Positions 59,698-64,000 of a DNA stretch of 64,000 nt are shown piece by piece. The position numbers and the translations under genes were made by a program. This DNA comes from an uncultured Parachlamydiaceae bacterium (GTDB lineage Bacteria > Chlamydiota > Chlamydiia > Chlamydiales > Parachlamydiaceae), in assembly GCA_963742415.1 (NCBI GenBank), contig CAVULX010000004.1:192001-256000 (forward strand), in the 5' to 3' direction. The notes under the pieces were generated by a model. It saw only the letters and a list, made by a program, of their open reading frames with translations, was not told the DNA's origin and did no database searches. Positions within the stretch are counted from its first letter, which is position 1; every line of letters begins with the position of its first letter.

Positions 59698-61161
59698 ATG
59701 GTTAATTTAATGTTCTTATTTATTTTTCCTTTTGTGGCTTCAGCAATAGTTCTCTTTCTCCCTATGGGTCTCAAAAAGAACATAAAAGGAATTGCCCTCC
59801 TAATGAGCCTTTTCCCGTTAGCCATTTTGCTTTATGGCTCACAATATTGGCTGGGATCGGAAATCGATTATATATGGCTTCCCCCCCTTTCCATCCACTT
59901 TCATTTAAGGGTCGATCCGTTGTCTCTCCTTTTTTTATATTTGACGGCGATCATCACACCCATCAGTCTTTTGGCAGTCAAATTCGATAAATTGGAGCAT
60001 CCCCATACATTCTACTCTTTAGTTCTTTTGCTTCAGGGGCTCCTGATTGGATTCTTCACCGCTGGCGACCTTGTCGTCTTCACCATCTTTTGGGAAGGGA
60101 TGCTACTTCCATTGTACTTTCTCATTAATATATGGGGAGGGCACAATCGTCAGAGTGCTGCCATTAAATTTTTAATCTACATGATTGCAGGCTCCGCTTT
60201 AATGGTTGCTGCGGTTCTGTCCCTCTATTTTATTGCTGGAGGGAGCACTTTTAATCTTCAGGCCTTGTCTAAAGTCGCAGAAACAGTACCTCATGCCCAT
60301 TGGCTGGGCGCCATATTTTTTCTGGCCTTTGCTGTAAAAACACCCCTTTTCCCTTTTCATGCATGGCTTCCAGATGCTTATTGTCAAGCGTCTCCTGCCG
60401 GAACCATCCTTTTGGCAGGAATTCTCTCCAAAGCAGGGATCTATGGCTTCTTCCGTATAGGAGTTCAATTTTTTCCGACCTTAATGCAAGAATGGAATCC
60501 TCTTCTGCTTGGATTGGCTGTCGCGGGGGTTTTTTATGGGGGGCTTGCCGCTTGGATGCAAAACGATTTCAAGCGGCTCATCGCTTATTCCAGCTTTTCC
60601 CATGTCAACTTTATTTTGGCAGGGGTTTTCATTTGGAATCAAACCGCCCAATCAGGCGCCCTTTTACAAGCGCTTAACCATGGGATCACCATTACAGCTT
60701 TGTTCCTTGCCGCTGGATGGTTGGAAGAACGGATCGGATCGACAGGGATGGGGCACGTCAGCGGCCTGGCCAAATTTATGCCAACCCTTTGCTGGATCAC
60801 CCTCTTTTTTGTATTGTCTTCTGTTGCTCTCCCAGGTCTTAACAACTTTGTCGGGGAATTATTAATCCTTTTTGGACTCTTTGGTGTACACCCATGGCTC
60901 GCTGCTTTTCTCGGCTTGACCGTCATCCTTTCGGTCGTTTACATGCTGCGATGGATGCAAAAGGTCTATTTTCAAACAGCAACCTTTTTTCAGGAATCCT
61001 GGGTTGATATCAAAGACAAAGAGGTAACAATCTCTTTACCCCTGATCGCATTAATCGTTTGGATTGGTGTATATCCTGCGCCTGTCTTAAATTATATCAA
61101 ACCAGCCACACAAAAATTTGTTGATGAGAGATCTTCAGGTAAATTGGAGAACACCCCATGA
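59698..61161 (+). CDS. nuoM: NADH-quinone oxidoreductase M
   Basis: FWE, KTPLFPFHAWLPDA, LIAYSSFSH and LPGLNNFVGE motifs. Confidence 0.95.
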   Translation: MVNLMFLFIFPFVASAIVLFLPMGLKKNIKGIALLMSLFPLAILLYGSQYWLGSEIDYIWLPPLSIHFHLRVDPLSLLFLYLTAIITPISLLAVKFDKLEHPHTFYSLVLLLQGLLIGFFTAGDLVVFTIFWEGMLLPLYFLINIWGGHNRQSAAIKFLIYMIAGSALMVAAVLSLYFIAGGSTFNLQALSKVAETVPHAHWLGAIFFLAFAVKTPLFPFHAWLPDAYCQASPAGTILLAGILSKAGIYGFFRIGVQFFPTLMQEWNPLLLGLAVAGVFYGGLAAWMQNDFKRLIAYSSFSHVNFILAGVFIWNQTAQSGALLQALNHGITITALFLAAGWLEERIGSTGMGHVSGLAKFMPTLCWITLFFVLSSVALPGLNNFVGELLILFGLFGVHPWLAAFLGLTVILSVVYMLRWMQKVYFQTATFFQESWVDIKDKEVTISLPLIALIVWIGVYPAPVLNYIKPATQKFVDERSSGKLENTP

Positions 61162-62600
61162 ATCTCGTTTTTAGATTAGTCGATTTTGAATCCATAAGCC
61201 CTCTCTTGATCTTACTAGGGGGAGCTTTGCTTCTCATCCTTCTTGAAAGTTTTTCCGAGGATAAGGCTAAAAGATATTCGGTCTATTTAACTTGCTTGAC
61301 TCTTCTTGCAGCCTTGTACGCTGCATTTACAGCTCCTCCAAGCAATGATCCTCTCTTGGTGCCGTGGCTTAAATTTGATCCTTTAAGCCGCCTGTTTACC
61401 GTTTTCTTTTTGTCTATCGGATTAGCCACTACTCTTCTTTCTTATTCTTTTTTTCAACGTTTTGAAGCTACCCACGGGGAATATTTTTTCCTCCTCCTCT
61501 CCTCCCTTTTTGGATTGGTCTTAATTGGATCATCAGCTGATTTTCTGATCTTGTTTCTGGGTCTTGAAACGTTATCGATTTCGTTGTACGTCTGGTGCGG
61601 CTACATGAAAAAATGGGAGCTTTCCCACGAGGCGGCGATTAAATATTTTTTAATGGGGGCTATGGCGACAGCCTTTCTTCTTTATGGGATCGCTTTGGTC
61701 TATGGCGCTACAGGCACAACTCGATTTGATCTGCTGCTTCCGAAGTTTCATCTCCTACAAACGTCTCCAGAAAAAACTCTTTTCTTCAGCGGAATTGCGT
61801 TAGTCACCTTAGGGTTGGCTTTCAAAGCGGCAATTGTCCCTTTTCACATGTGGGCTCCAGATGTCTACGATGGAGCCCCCACCCCTGTCACCGCTTTTAT
61901 GGCTGTAGGTACCAAAGTGGGGGCTTTTGCAGCTTTTTCAAGGCTTTTTTTGGAATCATTAAGGCAATTTGATCCCCTTTGGAATCAGGGGGTTGCTTTC
62001 CTTGCCTATCCCACGTTGATTTATGCCAATGTTGTGGCTCTGCGCCAAACGCAGCTCCGCCGCTTTTTTGCTTATTCCGGCATCTCCCACGCGGGCTTTT
62101 TGCTCTTGCCGCTGGCGGCTGGAACTCCAGATGCTTTGTCAGCTTTACTTTTCTATCTCGTCATCTATTCACTAGCCACATTGGGTTGTTTTGCCATCAT
62201 CGCATTGCTTGACTACCGCAGCCAGGGGATATCAATGGAGGACTTAAAGGGGCTATTCGCGCGGTCTCCCCTCCTCGCTGGGGTTTTTATCTTATGTCTT
62301 TTGACGCTGGCTGGTATCCCTCCAACCGCTGGATTTTTCGCTAAATTTTACGTTTTCAAAGTCGCTTTCGAAAGCGGCTTTTACGCTTTAGTCATTGTTG
62401 GCTTGCTGACGACTATCCTATCCGCGTTTTACTACTTAAGGATCATCGCTTTCATCCTTGCAAAAGCTCCCGCTGAACACGAAAGAAGAGAAATGTCTTG
62501 GCCAGCAGTGGCAGTGGGTTTGGCGGCTTCTGCCGCTGTCTTAATTCTGTCTTGCTATCCCGGTCCTCTTTTGAATTTGCTCAATAATCTACTTGCATAG
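61158..62600 (+). CDS. nuoN: NADH-quinone oxidoreductase N
   Basis: EAAIKYF, FKAAIVPFHMWAPDVYDGAPTP and LAGIPPTAGF motifs. Confidence 0.96.
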   Translation: MNLVFRLVDFESISPLLILLGGALLLILLESFSEDKAKRYSVYLTCLTLLAALYAAFTAPPSNDPLLVPWLKFDPLSRLFTVFFLSIGLATTLLSYSFFQRFEATHGEYFFLLLSSLFGLVLIGSSADFLILFLGLETLSISLYVWCGYMKKWELSHEAAIKYFLMGAMATAFLLYGIALVYGATGTTRFDLLLPKFHLLQTSPEKTLFFSGIALVTLGLAFKAAIVPFHMWAPDVYDGAPTPVTAFMAVGTKVGAFAAFSRLFLESLRQFDPLWNQGVAFLAYPTLIYANVVALRQTQLRRFFAYSGISHAGFLLLPLAAGTPDALSALLFYLVIYSLATLGCFAIIALLDYRSQGISMEDLKGLFARSPLLAGVFILCLLTLAGIPPTAGFFAKFYVFKVAFESGFYALVIVGLLTTILSAFYYLRIIAFILAKAPAEHERREMSWPAVAVGLAASAAVLILSCYPGPLLNLLNNLLA

Positions 62601-62688
62601 TCCTTGTTGCCTAAATGCCTTGACGGACAATTAAATCTAATAGAAAATTTTAATTAACATAAGTCGCAAATAATTAAATTTATTGTCT

Positions 62689-62755
62689 CTCTGTGATCTC
62701 TGTGGACTCTGTGGTTGAATTTTAATAAACCACAGAGATCACAGAGATCACAGAG
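62689..62755. repeat. Inverted repeat of 9-bp CACAGAGAT units (family A relative) between convergent genes
   Basis: ctctgtgatctctgtggactctgtggtt ... aaccacagagatcacagagatcacagag. Confidence 0.85.
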
Positions 62756-62812
62756 GTTTTTTAAACTTGATTACACTCAGTAATTTTCAACTTACATTAA
62801 TTACGCAGAGAC

Positions 62813-64000
62813 CTATTGTTTGTTTAATTTTAATACATCTAATCGCTCTTCATAAGTTTTTATTTGAGTACTCAGGCTCGATTTTTTCCAACTTTTATTA
62901 GTGTGATCCCTTTGAAATTTTAATCGACCTAGATGTTTCTGTGTCTTTTCAATTTTTTTTTGTTTTTCTTGAGATCCTATAGCGCCGGTCAAATGGTTCC
63001 CGACGTTTTGCATTCTTGGAGTTGTGGAAATTGTATGAATAATGAGTGGTATGTTTTGATCTCGGGAAGTTGTGGTAGTTGTAAAACTAGAGGGTAACAT
63101 GTCTTGATCATCGGAAAGTTCTGTGGTTTGATATTCAGGATCATGTTGAATTTGAACATATGGAGAAACGTCGATCGATTGGCGACTGAGGTTTTGATCT
63201 CGGGAAGTTGTGCTGGCTGTAAAACTAGAGGGTAGCATGTCTTGATCATCGGAAAGTTCTCTGGTTTGATGGTCAAGGTCATGTTGAATTTGAACATATG
63301 GAGGAATAGTGTGAGGCATATCATTTCTTTTTTGAGTTCGAGATAATGCAACCAAAATTTGAGTCATATCCATAGAAGGGTTCATGGGATCCATGATGTT
63401 TTGGATGCTTGAAGTCGTGGTGGTTGTGGAAGGAAGGGATAGCTCGTTTTGAATTTCCAAAGGTTTCGCGGTTTGATTGCCAAGATATGAATTTTGAAGA
63501 GAAGGAGTGGTCTCAGCCATTTTTATAATATTATCTAGTTCTTGATGAAAATCCGCATTTGGGTTTCTGTAACTGATATTTTGATGATGGCATTCAATTT
63601 GGACTTCCGAGCTTTTATCAAAGGCATTGATAATCTGCAAAGGTTCGCGAAGTCTCTCGCCATTTGGAAGATAGAATTTTCCTTTACTATCAAGTAATTC
63701 TTTGATATTTGGTCCAAACGTCTTATCCGTTATCTCATAACTAATTCTTTTTGCATCTGCGACATACTCTTGAAGACGTTGCAATGATTCTGCTGTAAAA
63801 CCTCCATCACTTGCTAATCTCTCGCTTACAAAAGACTCTATGGTATTTCGTACTATATGAAGAGAGTCTCGTCTTAAATTAATCCACTCAGTGGCTAAAC
63901 CTTTGTGAAAATTCTGGTTTGTCACGCTACCGTCTATATTAACAGAAGTTGTTGAGCCGTGATGTTTTCTAACTTTAACTGCGTTTACCCCTAACCCATG
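62813..64000 (-). CDS. AT-rich hypothetical protein with an internal 46-aa duplication; 5' end lies outside the window
   Basis: The frame stays open from 63925 to 64000 (HGLGVNAVKVRKHHGSTTSVNIDGSV...); 138-bp period repeat at 63053-63303. Confidence 0.75.
   Translation of the reverse strand, partial: HGLGVNAVKVRKHHGSTTSVNIDGSVTNQNFHKGLATEWINLRRDSLHIVRNTIESFVSERLASDGGFTAESLQRLQEYVADAKRISYEITDKTFGPNIKELLDSKGKFYLPNGERLREPLQIINAFDKSSEVQIECHHQNISYRNPNADFHQELDNIIKMAETTPSLQNSYLGNQTAKPLEIQNELSLPSTTTTTSSIQNIMDPMNPSMDMTQILVALSRTQKRNDMPHTIPPYVQIQHDLDHQTRELSDDQDMLPSSFTASTTSRDQNLSRQSIDVSPYVQIQHDPEYQTTELSDDQDMLPSSFTTTTTSRDQNIPLIIHTISTTPRMQNVGNHLTGAIGSQEKQKKIEKTQKHLGRLKFQRDHTNKSWKKSSLSTQIKTYEERLDVLKLNKQ

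Noticed and set aside
1..64000. tRNA, rRNA, IS transposase, integrase or prophage genes
   Set aside because: None recognised by eye; a tRNAscan/Infernal run would be needed to exclude small RNAs

Overview
A 64-kb chromosomal segment from an environmental Chlamydiota (Parachlamydiales-like) genome. The assignment rests on chlamydia-type gene order: Mcsc-like chaperone-dnaQ; PP2C-iscS-two CBS genes; ihfA-LD-transpeptidase-accA-msbA; plus a Pom-like outer-membrane barrel. Most of the window is housekeeping (kdpB/D, folB, fabI, rpiA, tyrS, queC, folD, apbE, nuoA-N). Six things stand out. (1) A flagellar-type export gate fliO-P-Q-R next to a long-tailed csrA. (2) Several families of palindromic intergenic repeats nested inside one another in a consistent order. 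(3) A 2876-aa AT-rich SF2-helicase-like (DUF3638-type) putative effector. (4) A signal-peptide NiSOD with an (HD)n tail. (5) kdpB with no kdpA or kdpC beside it. (6) A nuo operon heavily frameshifted from nuoA to nuoG, most likely a sequencing artefact. I saw no rRNA, tRNA, CRISPR array or transposase. All calls come from motif recognition by eye; no searches were run.
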